NCBI RefSeq assembly: GCF_009914755.1
Contig: NC_060927.1
Source of the DNA: the human T2T-CHM13v2.0 reference genome, Homo sapiens
Reading direction: 5' to 3' (one strand)
Length of the DNA stretch: 64,000 nucleotides
Shown here: positions 25,840 to 39,269 of the stretch, in pieces
Layout: each line of letters starts with the position of its first letter
Numbering within the stretch: the stretch's first letter is position 1
Notes under the pieces: model-generated
What the model saw: the letters and a program-made list of their open reading frames with translations, nothing else
Told to the model about the DNA's origin: nothing
The model's database searches: none
Made by a program: the position numbers and the translations under genes

Positions 25840-26290
25840 GTATTTGGAGCAACTTCACTCGTGCTGGTGTAAAATGGCGCCATCCCTTGAAAAAATGGTT
25901 TGACTATTTTTTATAAAGACAAACATATATCAGTCATATTACTCAACAGTCACAAGTCTAGGTATTTATCCAAGAGAAATGAAAATACATTATACAACAA
26001 CATACACAAGCATGTTCAGGACAGCTTTATTCATAATAGCCCAAACAACCTAAATGTCTATCAGGAGGAAAACAGATAAATTGTCCCGTGGTTTACTCAT
26101 ATAATGAAATACTACCTAGCAATAAAAAAGAATAGTCTATTGGCAGATACAGCATCATGGGTTAATTGCAAAACCTTGTGACTTGCAAAAGAATCTAGAC
26201 ACAGAACTATATATTATACAATTACATTTATGAAAAGTCCTAGAACTAACCTACGGTAAAAGAAATCGGTATTTACTTCTGGATTGGAGT
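25840..26290 (+). mobile_element. L1ME-type 3' region
   Basis: ctaggtatttatccaagagaaatgaaaa...cagctttattcataatagccc...aatactacctagcaataaaaaagaa. Confidence 0.8.
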
Positions 26291-28165
26291 GCCATTAGAT
26301 ATAAACTTTAATACATGTATATTCAGTGTATCTCCAGAAAAAAATTCATCTTTCAAAAGTTCCAACTCATGCCTAGAGACACAAAAACTTATCATTGCAC
26401 TGAGGCGAAGCTTACAGTACTATTGGGAAAAAAAATATTAAAAGTTATTCACTTTTCAATAAGAAAAAAATTGGAGAAACTAAAATATACTTATCTAAGG
26501 GATACATATTAGCCAACATCCAGAAAAATCTCAGCATGAATGTTAAAGTAATCATTAGATTCTAAGTCTGCTAAAATTACTATAATTTTATATTCAGTGA
26601 ATTCTTCAGTTTGCACAGGGGGCTCCTTAAATCTGAAGTTTTCAAGAGGCTGCTGTTGACTATTAAATTTCCAATGACCAAGTGTATCTCAAAAGATAAA
26701 ACCACATAAATTGTTAGCTTCAAATATGGAACCGTAGACTGCAGATGTAGAGATTATTTCATCAAAAGCTTTTTAAGTAACTAAAGCCTTGGTTTATGGT
26801 GCGGTCTTTTAATCTGTCAGTGTCTTTAAAAGCATTTATTATTACAATATAACTTCCAGCTCCCTTTGAGAAAATCTTTCATCATGACGTGTAAGTTATC
26901 ATTTGTATATGTTCAGAAATATCTTCTCAAAAGATCTTCTCATCATGTTCACAATTCACACAGATTTCTAAAAAATAGTTTTTCATACAGACCCATTGCT
27001 TCATTAAAAGTAGTTAATTCATGTCTATGTTTTCTCTAACCTACTAATTTTGTTGAGATTATCTCTCCCTTTCAGCTTACAAAATAATAGTAAATTTAGG
27101 ACACATTAATACTCTATCTGGATAATATTCTGATATTGGTCTGGAAAATTTATGAGGGAAGGATAGTAGAAATTTAACATAATCTTTTGAGATTAACACT
27201 TGATACTCTTACTTATTTTCTGGACATTTAGTAATTTCCTTAAACTTTTTACTAGATGTGGGGAATTAACTTTTGTTTGTAAGTGTCCTATCTGCTCATT
27301 CCAACAACGTCTTTTGGACAGGAACACCTGTTAGTTGAGTCCACTTCATTCAAATAAACATACCTGTTCCTTAAAATAAACATACCTGAATAAAAGGTCT
27401 GAATTTCACAAATGCACAAAATCACTACTTGAGAAATAAACCTACCTAGGGTGTGATACTAATTTAGCAAAACTTTTATATATCAAATTGCTGTGTTATA
27501 TATAATAACATATATTTTCAACCTCTGTATCCTAATAATTGCATCTTATTCTATTAAAGATATATACAGGAAGTTTATGGAGATATGTTGGAGGAAAAAA
27601 GAGTCATTAAGTCTTTAGAAAGCATGCACATAGTAAGCTATGTGCCAGGCATAAAACAGATTTAATTGCAATTGACTTTACTTTTTGGCTTTTTTTTTTT
27701 TTTTAACTTTCCTTTTCTCCTTTTCCTGACCCTTTAAACATCTTTTTTCCTGACTTCTTTGCTAATATTTTTTTCTTATTTTTCTATTTATTTTTCTTCC
27801 TTTCAAGGTACTTATCAAGTGCTTGTACCTAATATGTCTCCTAATCTATCATTTAATTTTTTTCCACTTCTATTAATATTTTTTTTGTAACTGAATTTGA
27901 CCTCAAGTCAGCCATGCTCAGGGCTAGAACTTCAATAATGTTTGGTTTTCATAGTCATCTCAAGGGAATGCATTTGGTGTTCAGGACTAGGTTGCAGAGG
28001 ACCGTTGACTCAAACACAGATGTCCCATGTTAAAAGCAATGGGCTACTGGTTACTGGTTTGGGTAAGAAATTAATTGAATGTGTGCTTGGGTGATTAAAA
28101 GTCTCAGCATTGGGTACTGAAAGCAGTGCAGACATTTCACTGAGAAGAATAGAAGGGAAAATAAG

Positions 28166-28208
28166 TATTAGTTTGACGCAAACGTAATTGCTGGTTTTGC
28201 CATTACTA
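28166..28208 (+). mobile_element. Half MADE1 (Hsmar1 MITE), diverged
   Basis: TATTAGTTTGACGCAAACGTAATTGCTGGTTTTGCCATTACT resembles the MADE1 left arm TTAGGTTGGTGCAAAAGTAATTGCGGTTTTTGCCATTACT. Confidence 0.75.
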
Positions 28209-29531
28209 ATATTTAGTGAGCATGTGCACCCCAGGTCCTGTACTAAATACATCTTTATATATTATTGATTATTATATTGTTTTCTGGAAGCAGGCTAACC
28301 TCACATTTTTTAAGCAGCTAGTCCTGGAAGCAGAGTAAAGTTATGACCAACTGAATCTCTTAGTCAAACAGATAACTAAAGAGCAACACAGTTTAGTAGA
28401 AGGACCACTTCAAAGTCAAATACTTTATTTGGGCAAGGGCTGAAATTATAAGAAAAACCATACAGATAAATACCATTTACCATGAATAGTGTACCCAGGT
28501 GTACCAAAAGTAAAATGTTTCCTCTTACTTTGAAAGTTTATCTGTTAGGAAAACACATTTAGAAAAAAATGTATTAGTTACATTTATAATATATACATAT
28601 TTGTTAAAACAGTTCACGGTTTATTTGAGCAGCATTATAATCAGTATTTTCAAATCACTGAAAATATCTGTTTTTGAAAGTATCTCTTAAAAGAAATAAT
28701 TATTTGCGAATGCTATGTAAGTAACATAAATCATGTTTACAAGATACCTTTTAATCATTATAAAATTGCTGTCAACATAGTTAAAATGCCACTGTATGGA
28801 TATTGTATGTTTCAAACTAAGTATGCTATATAGTCATTTACTGTTGCCATTAATTCTAAGAAAATAACATAAGTCAACTCACTTTCTTTAATAAAGAAAA
28901 TAAATTATGTTTTAATAATGTCAAAATCATTCTTAAAATACTATAGTAGGGAAGCATTTTATAATGTACCCAGTAAAATATGTACAGGGATATATGTCAT
29001 TTCACAGACATTTTGTTTATATAAATTGATTTAGTGTTGATTAGACTTGAGGCTAATGAGGCCAAGACTTGCTAAAAGCTGTAGTTAACGACTGCATTAT
29101 CGATAGCAAATTACATTGGTTAAATTAGCAACCTTACCCAGGAGCATGAACACTTGATCTTTTTTTCTTTGCTTTTTTGTCACATGGAAACAAGAAGTGA
29201 AAGCTTGACTATGTGTTTCTCTGTTAAGACAACAGAACTGTTACTTGCTGTTCTTATCAGTGTGCTCTTTGCCTGTGTACACTAGTTTTTAGTGGAAGTA
29301 TAGCTGCCAGTTGCCTTAATACTTCCTGGGCTTTCCCAACTGTATTGGTTAAGAATGGGTAACAGTAAGAATGCAGGGATCACAAGATTTGTATATGAAT
29401 GTATATCTAGAAAAAGTGATCCTGGTTTAACAATGTATTGGCTTTGTAATACCTTGACTATTGCTTAACCTCTCTTAGCTTCAGTTTTGTTTCATCTTTC
29501 TATAAAATAGGAACAATAATACTCATGTTGT

Positions 29532-30467
29532 TGCTATGTACTGAATGTTTGTGTTTCCACAAAATTCAAATGTTAAAACCTGATTCCTCAATGTGATGGT
29601 GTTTGGAAGTGGGACTTTTGGGAGGTAATTAGCTCATGATGGTGATGCTCACATAATGGGGTCAGAGTCTGAATTAGGTAGGATTCTCCACAGCGACAAA
29701 ACTAATAGGATATACATATATAGGAAAGGGAGTTTATTAAGGAGAATTCACTCACACGATCACAAGGTATTAGTCCCACAATAGGCTGTCCGTAAGCTGA
29801 AGAGCAAGGAAGCCAGTAGTGGCTCAGTGGGAGTCCCAAAACCTCAAAAGTAGGGGAGCTAACCATGCAGCCTTCAGTCTGTGGCTGCAGGTCTGAGAGC
29901 CTCTGGAAAACCACTGGTCTAAGTCCAAGAGTCCAAAAGCCACAGAACCTGGAACCTGATGTTCAATGGCAGGAATCATCCAGCAGGGGAGAAAGATGAA
30001 GGCTGGAAGACTCAGCAAGTTAGCTTTTCCACCTTCATCTTCCTGCTTTTTCTAGCTACGCTGACAGCCACTGGATGGTGCCCATCCAGATTAAGGCTGG
30101 GTCTGGCTCTCCCAGTCCACTGACTCAAATGTTAATCTCCTTTGGCAACACCCTCACAGACACACCCAGAAACAATACTTTGCATCCTTCAATGCAATCA
30201 TGTTGACACTTAATATTAACCGTCACAGAGCTCTTAGAAGAAGAGACAGGAAAGAACTTGCTTTTCCTCTTTGTTCTCTGCCATGTGAGGATACAATGAA
30301 GTGACAGCTATCTGTGGACCAGGAGATGGGCTGACAACAAAACTCTAACCATGTTGGCACCCTGATTTCAGAGTTCCAGCCTTTCAGAACTGTGAGAAAT
30401 ACACATTGGTTGCTCAATCTGCCCAGTTTATGGTATTCTATTATAGCAGCCTGAACTGACTAAGACA
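29532..30467 (+). mobile_element. MLT1A0-like MaLR solo LTR, split by MLT2A
   Basis: Starts tgctatgtactgaatgtttgtg and ends agcagcctgaactgactaagaca; near-TSD gttgt/cttgt. Confidence 0.85.
29670..30227 (-). mobile_element. MLT2A2-like ERVL solo LTR
   Basis: cccagtccactgactcaaatgttaatctcctttggcaacaccctcacagacacaccc...attaaccgtcaca; near-TSD gagtc/gagct. Confidence 0.88.
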
Positions 30468-31119
30468 CTTGTCTTACCTACTTCAAAAAGTTGTTCTGAA
30501 AATCAAGAGATTTTGTCAAAAGCAAGTTTAAATATTGCAAAACATATAAACCTTATTTTTCCACTGCAAGACTACATCATATCTGAAGTACAGTCAAAAG
30601 GGAATAACATATTACCTTTATCCTGCTCCTCAAAACAGAGTGCAAGTATCCTAGACTTCCCAAATCTCTTTTTCTGGGACGGGACAGGCTAAAAAGAAGG
30701 CTCACCTCTAGGACTCATGGAGTCTAATCCTCACTACGTAGTCTCTAGTTCCACTTCCCTTCACTGAAGCTCGTCTCTTAGTGACTCAAAGGACGTTTGT
30801 TACCCAGTTAGCATTTCTCTCTCTATTCCTTCAGCAATTTTGGCTTCACCAATGATAAATTTTGTGTTTTGAAACTCCACATTCATACTTCTGACTTCTG
30901 TTTTTCGTCATCTTCAGGCTGTGTGTGAACTTACACCCCCAAATCTCTGGAGCTATCATTCTTAAATAGCTTCACAAAGAGAGAGGCCCCACTCGCTCTC
31001 TAGAATGAAACTTTTTAAATGTGGCAAAATTTCTCTTGGAGGCTGATTTAGAAACGATATGAGTGCCATAACACAGATTACTATATGAAATGTTTTTTTT
31101 TCTTTTCAGTCTTCTGTGC

Positions 31120-31822
31120 GATATCAGGCACCTTAACTCTCACTCAGTTGTTTAGGACAAAGACCTTGGAGACCTCTTTCACTCCTCTCTTTATCTCATA
31201 CCACTTGTACATTTCAGTGGGAAGTCCTATTGGCTCTCTGTCAGCCTACAGCCAGGATGCAACTGTATCTTGCCACCTTCTCTCCCTCCACTCTTATCCC
31301 ATCTAAGATGATTTCAGTAGCCTTTTAACCACTTTCCTCCCCTTTGCCCCATACAACCCATTCTCAGCAAAGTAGCCAGTTATCCTTGAAGACTTAAGTC
31401 AGATCATTCTGTGCCCTTTCTCTCATTTCACTTAGAGTAAAAGCCAAAGTCCTTATAATGGCCGGAGAGGCCCTGCAAAACCTGGCCTTCTTACTTGACT
31501 GACCCTATCTACTACTCTCCCCTTTGCTCACTCTGTTGCCATTGTGATTTTTCACAGCGAGACCCACCTCATCTACCTTCTGTAATTTGCAATCCCCACT
31601 GCACCCAAGCACTACCAAATCCCTTACCCTGTACTATCATAGCACGTATAATATTCTATGTAATCTACTTATTGACTGTTTCTGTCAGTCCCTCCTTCTA
31701 GGATGTAAAGCACAGGAGGACACTGAGGCATAGTTGTCTGTTTTGTACTCTGATGTATTCCTGAAACCTAAATGTGTATCTGGTACTTAGTGGGTTCTAA
31801 AGTAATTATTCTACAAATGAAC
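31120..31822 (+). mobile_element. L2a 3' region
   Basis: taagtcagatcat...cacttagagtaaaagccaaagtcctta...ctggtacttagtgggttct. Confidence 0.8.
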
Positions 31823-34264
31823 ATAATTTATTTGCCCATCCAAAGCACTATCCATGAACTAAGAGCAGATTTCTGTGTTTCTTCCTCCAGGAACCTTAGT
31901 TCCAGGTTTGATGATTAGTCCTCAGTATATCCACAGAGCTCTTATATGAAGAGAATTCTTCCTCTTCTAACACACATAATAACCTATGAAGATATTAAAT
32001 ATTTTGCCCCTTTCTGGAGTCCAATCCACATATCATTATAAGTTTTCAGAATTATTAGTACAATGTCTTCTTAAATAAATGCAAACAGTGTCTGAACAAC
32101 TTAATGTAAAGATACATTGTAGTAGAAAAATTTACTTGGAAGACTGTGTGTATGTAGCAGAAAATGTGTCTAATCCAGATATGGTAAGTAACTTCTTGAC
32201 AAGGCATAGGATGTCTGCCATTCCCAGGTTTGCTAGAAATGCATGTTTTTAAATTATTTCCTTTACTGTATATCTATCAAAGAACTATGTAGTCTGGGAA
32301 AGACTGGCACCAATTTAAGTAAGGGGATTAATAGGCCAAAACAAAGCAAACACTACTGAAATGGAAATGCCAAGAGGAAAAGTGACATGATAAAGCTGAC
32401 ATTATTGAAATGGAAAACAGTGTAGAGTTTAATAGCATGAATAGCTGAGATATTCTCTTGTCAGAAAAAACATTGCCCTTCATTGAAATACTTCAACTTT
32501 TGTTTAATTCTACATCAAAGATGTTTCTTTGAATGTTTGACATAATTAGTAATTTCTCTTGTTATTCTTTCAAAAGAAATTGAACAAAGATTGTGGGCAC
32601 ACATAATATGAGTTAGAGGACAAGCACGAATTAGTTTGAAGACCTAGACCTTTATTTACTCTAGTGTTGAGTCTAGCTATAATCTAGAACATGTAGACAA
32701 TATGATGACCAACAAGCATTCTATTACTTGACTAAAATTTGTGGGATATGTTAAGCATTACTCAGAAATAATTTCTATGCCAGCTTTTCCATTTGTCTGG
32801 TGTGTAGGTGCTGGGATGTGTGTGTGCACACATACGTGCACATTCATCTATGTGTAAATTAAAACATTCATTAAATGTGATTTTTCTTAAATTTGAATTT
32901 TTAAAGTTTCTCTCAAAACCAACAAGTTAATGAGTAATAAAGTGTTTTCCCCCCTCACATGTTCTAATTTTACTTTCAAGTAGATCTGAGGTTAGAGAAA
33001 CTGAACTGATTGTGAGATTAAATGTTTACCTTTGAGATTGTGCTAAGGCCATACTTCACATGCCTGCTCCATAGAATTCCATTTTTCTACTGATAAGTTA
33101 TTGGAAAAGGATGCAATAAAACATAAATTTTATGAAAACGTGTTTGTACTTAGACCAGAATCCCTTCCAGGACATCCCCGGCTTGACTAGAAGAGGCTGG
33201 AAGATTTAGTCATGTAGAATAACACTATCACTGGTTATAAGCCAGATATATAATAAAAAGCCAATCTGAATAGCTGGTGACAGTGGTTATTGGCATGAGC
33301 ATGAAATGGCTGATGGATTTCCCTGTGGATGGCAGCCATGGCAGCAGTTGCTGGGGCTTAACAGACCAGGATTTCATCTTAACATCCAGAAATAAAATAA
33401 AAACTGCTATTGAGGAAGAATGAAAAATTACGTTTATCAAAGTGATTGCTTTTGTGGATAAGTATTTACGCTGACCCTAAAACTTCAAATAAAACTAAGG
33501 GTAGCATAAAAAGATATTACACAAATATTTAGAAAAATATATTAAAGGAATATTTTGACAAGGCAATTAAGTAATACTATTATATTAAAAAAAATTCACA
33601 CCTATGATCTCAAAGAAGAATGGGTTATAGTTAGGGAAGCATAATGAAAATCAAGCAACATATTTTATTATTTTATATTTGGTTGCATGGATTGATTAAT
33701 TAAAAATAGTTAAATTGGTATATGGTGTTCATAGCCATGTATAGAATGAAGCCTGTTCTCATTACCCATATTCCAGAATATTAGAAAGGGGAGGAAATGC
33801 CACGGCAAACAAATAAGGCAGATGTTTCCTCAAGTCATTCTGATTCAAAAGAGAAAGACCTAAGTTGTTAGCATATGAAATTTTAAAAGCTTGACAATTC
33901 TAGATAAAACTTTTCAGTTCTGGATCACTGATCTGAAACCAACAGATGTCATGTCATAAGAAAGTAAAACTCATTACCATAGTGTCTTATGTGAAATAGG
34001 GTAATTCTCAGTTATTTTCCCAAGAGTAGAAATGACCATGCATGCTATTAATTTTTAGAAGTAAGCTAAGTTTGCAATTTGTTGAGTGAAAACAATTAAG
34101 TTAGATGGGATACACAGTCTTCTACTCCTTGTAGAAGAGACTTCTTTTGAGTCTTCTACTCCAAAACCAAATATACTCTCATTTTAAAAATAAAGCATTA
34201 TTCCTTATGAAACTACTGTAAGTAGAAGTAATAGTCTCTACATTAGTATATGACAATCGACATT

Positions 34265-35056
<792 letters not shown>

Positions 35057-35521
35057 CATAAGTAACTATTTGTATGGAAAGTACCATCAGAAGCAGGATG
35101 GTAGCAATAATAGACCCTAAATGTGGGAGTGGATGAATTGGAAAGTTACAACGAAAGAAAATGGAGATCCCCTCTTCCCCACCAAACAGGGAGGTAGGCA
35201 ATCCGTGGAACATCATAGCCAAATAGCTGGGTTAATTATTACCTTATAGTTAGGAATTCAAACCAAGACTATGCACTTGAGGTACGAGATTTTAGAAAAT
35301 TTTAGAATGTTGATATATAATGACTATATCTTATAGCCTTCAAATAAGGTTACTTTGAACAATTGAACACAAGGATGGATAGAGACTTTTTTTAAAACAT
35401 TTAAATTCCTTTCCAGCAGCAGCATTCAGATAAGTCTGTCCAAGCTCTAAGAACATTCAATGGCTGCCACTTCCAACACCCCAGAGCTGCAACATTTCTT
35501 TCTTTTTTTTTTTCTGTCAGG

Positions 35522-35650
35522 AAATATTTTATTGTCCTATAAAATAGTATTTTATTGTCCTATAAATATAATAAAATAAATATTATTTTATTGTCCTATA
35601 AATATAATACAATAAATATTATTTTATTGTTCTATAAAATATTATTGTCC
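35522..35650. repeat. AT-rich minisatellite with core tattttattgtcctataaa
   Basis: Four full cores plus one partial, spaced at roughly 22-37 nt. Confidence 0.9.
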
Positions 35651-38600
35651 AATTGTTTATTGACTTGAATTTTTTTGTTTTCATTGGATTTTATTTATAT
35701 TGAATCTATAGTAAATTTTGTCTCCCCACTTTTCAATCTGTGTATTTGTCTTCTGTGCTTATCTAAAGCTTCTTAATAGTTTGTCTTTTGAGTATGCCTT
35801 TATGTGTTTTAAATTTTTATATAGTTGAGCTTTTAAACTTTTGCTATTGTTAAGAGACTAACTTTGGGATTAAGTTTGTCACAGCTGAAAGTTTAAAAAT
35901 CATTCCCGATATATGTTTCTAGTTATTTACTGTTTCATTTATATGAAATTTGATTTTTGAAGAATAGAATTATTTTCCACATTGTTATACTTATTAGTTG
36001 TGGACAAGGCACACTGAAATGTACTACACTATAAAATATCCTTATGGAACAAGACTTTCTAACTGGTAGGCCATGCCACCCTGCCACGCTACACATGAGG
36101 ATTACCTGAGAGGCTATAGAGAGCTTGCAGCTGTCAGCACCTACAATCTATCTCCATCTGTGGGCATACACCAACATTTATAGCAATGATACAAATGTTA
36201 TCAGTTTTTGTGTGCCATAAAATGGAAAAAAGACTGAGAATCACCTTTTACTAAAATTATGATCGGAATAATTTGCAAATGAAACTCAAAAAAAGACTCA
36301 GAAAAAATACTTTTGATATTTTCTGACCTCAGCAAGGTTATCCATTGCTTAGAATGGGTCCACCATGCAAGGTCATAATTGAACCTCTGGGTAAAGCTCT
36401 GTAGCAGTTACAAAAGTACAAATATCAGACTTACAAATTGTTCAATACAGGCATATAATAAGAATTTTTTCAAAAGAATTTCCACGGTAAAATGTTCTTT
36501 TTAGTTTTGACATGAGAAAATGCTGCCTCTTAATGTGGAATAATACTGTTTATCTCTTACAGTTGAACTCTACATCAAAAGTTTTTCCTTCCACAACTCC
36601 TTTTAGTTCAGCATGATTGGACTCAATTGCTGCTCATTCTTTAGTGTATGGAGTAGTCAATCAGGCAGCTCTGAAAAGTGCTGAAATGAAGCCCTTGAAG
36701 TTGAATTTGAGGCTTTGAGAGACAGGATACTTTTCATCTGCATTCCCACTTTTATCATTGTCCTTAAAGTATCTTAGAAAGAAAGACATTAAGATATATG
36801 GAGTATAAAATGCTAATCAGGTAAGATGATAAGTGCCATTCAAAGGGAGAGATGAAACCCACATAATGGATCTTGATTATGAATATCTGATAGTTGTGCC
36901 AACAACTAGTGCCTTTGGCAGGGAAACAGTACCCGGAGCGAAGCCTGTACCCATTTTTCCATGACAATTCCAAGCATTAATAGATCGTTCACATTCATTT
37001 AACCCATTATGTAATTCACATACAAGTGAATTACTAAAGCACACACATATTCATATACAAATGTAAATTATATGTGTTCATCTATACGTAAACATCTGTA
37101 TAGGTATATACATATACAGCTGTGTAAATATTATTCCACTAATTTTAAATAACACCTTTAGAAATAATTACTGGATGATAAGAAAACCATCTAGTCCCCT
37201 TTATTTTCATAACTACGTGACTGATATCTAGAACATATGGCTCTTTCTTCCATTAAAAACATCTTCTAGCTCTTTTCACCATTAAGCGTGTTATAAATAT
37301 GCTTTTATTTACCTGGAAAATAGGTTCATGATACATTTTTAAAGTGAAAAATTATGTTTATAACAGATATTTATGTGTACATATGTTAATGTGCATAACT
37401 TATGTACACATATCTTTCTGTATATTTATATTCATATAAATATGTATGTATTTATACATACGTATACACACATATAAATGTTGATAACTAAATGCTGAAT
37501 GCACTTAAATGATAACAGTGGGGTCATGGAGTTTTTGATGGTTTTCTTCTTATTTCACACTTTCCTCTATTTTCTGAATTTGATAGTAAGCACATTAATT
37601 TTATCATCAGAAAATATAATAAATCTTTTTATTTGAGAAAGGAATATGAAGAGCCACTCTTTCTAGCAACCTCGCGTTTGTATAATTTGGATTTACCTTC
37701 TCTTGAAAACAAGACTGAAGTTGTCAAAACTGTAGTAAAATAGGGATCATCCAATGCTATAAAAATGTGCTCCCCTCTTAAGGAAACATAATAGGTAAAA
37801 CATTCATCTCTTACACATGTTAACTATTTACTGCTCAAGTTAATCCAAGCTCAATTCTCATATTACACCAGCTCACCGGAAAGCAACATAAGTTAATCAT
37901 TTAACTTTGCCCTGCACAATATTTCTTGTACAAAACTTCAGTTGACATTATGCCTGTGAAAACTGCATATTTTAACCAAAAGACAGCTCAAGGCAACTTA
38001 ACTTTGGTCTGTGTAGCATTTCCCTTACCAAACATTATTATCTATGTCTTTTCCCAAGGGTCGATGTCTATAATAGTCACCGGTATAACAAATGCAACTG
38101 TTTTTTCAATCTGCTAGTACAAGTATTGTCATTATGTTGTTTTGCATTTCTTTTTGGATGCCTTATTAAAAACTATTGTCGGAACTCTTAAATAATAGAC
38201 ATACACATACACACAGTGAAAGCTGTACTATCTGTGGAGTCTTCTTATTTCCCTAGGAGCTGGGAAGCTCAGATACCAGTTTGAGAACTAAGTAGGATTA
38301 GCTTGGATGTATTGGTGTAATTTCATCCTCTCTATCTTGTTTGTAACATACAAGGCTTAAAAAATGTTGTCTCATGTTAAAAATATTACATACTTCTTGT
38401 ATACAAATTTTAAAATGAAGAGAAACATGCAAAAAATATAATTGTTTATAAGCTCACCATTTTGGAAATTATACTGTGAGTTTTATCTCAATGTATATTT
38501 ATTTATATGTATATTTTGCTTCTCATAAACCTTTTACATACTATATATAAACAACCTGATTTTTACTTAATATATTAACTATTTTCCCATGTTATTAATT

Positions 38601-39269
38601 AATATTCTATAATTTGTGATGTCTACATATTTTGAAGCATTTAAACCATTTTAATTTTTCTGTTACAATATGGTGATAAACATGCATGCATACAGAAGCA
38701 TTTCTAGCAATTAGAATCCCAGAGTAACAATGTCTGTTTATTTTTAGGAATTTAACACTATGGGAATCTTTAAAATAAACCTGTAGCTTCAGGAGATCAA
38801 GGAAATTATACATTCCCTGTCTGACTCGAGTTCCTAGGGAGACTTACAAACTTTCAACAGCTCTGAGATCACTCATAAGCTGGAAATGAATGGAAGGTCA
38901 GTTTCTTCAGTTCTAGTTACCAGTATCATCTCAGAGTATAGCATAAGTTCAGTATATTCCGACTCTCCAGAATCCATGCTTTTTCGTTATGAAAAAGCAC
39001 AGGAAAACTGTTCTACACTGATGTGACTAATACCCACAGGTACCGATTTCCAATCGGTACCTAGGACACGTCTTTAAATACTATGGACCTATCGTCTGCT
39101 GTCCCTTACCATCGGGTATCGCAGGCCTTCATACATATATGTGTGCTTTTTTCTCACTGTAGTATTTTGAAGATTTTAAGTACAATATCTTTTTAGTTGG
39201 TCTGTCTTTTCCAGAGCAAGAGGCTTTTGATATGCAATGCATATTGTGACTAGAAATCTATAACTGACT

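Larger units (their letters stand above)
29405..30520 (+). mobile_element. MIR split by a nested LTR insertion (arms ~29405-29530 and ~30470-30520)
   Basis: ttgcttaacctctcttagcttcagttt...taaaataggaacaataata resumes as cctacttcaaaaagttgttctgaaaatcaa. Confidence 0.65.

Noticed and set aside
28166-28208. Second miR-548-like source
   Set aside because: Only half a MADE1 with a mutated seed region; it cannot form the hairpin.
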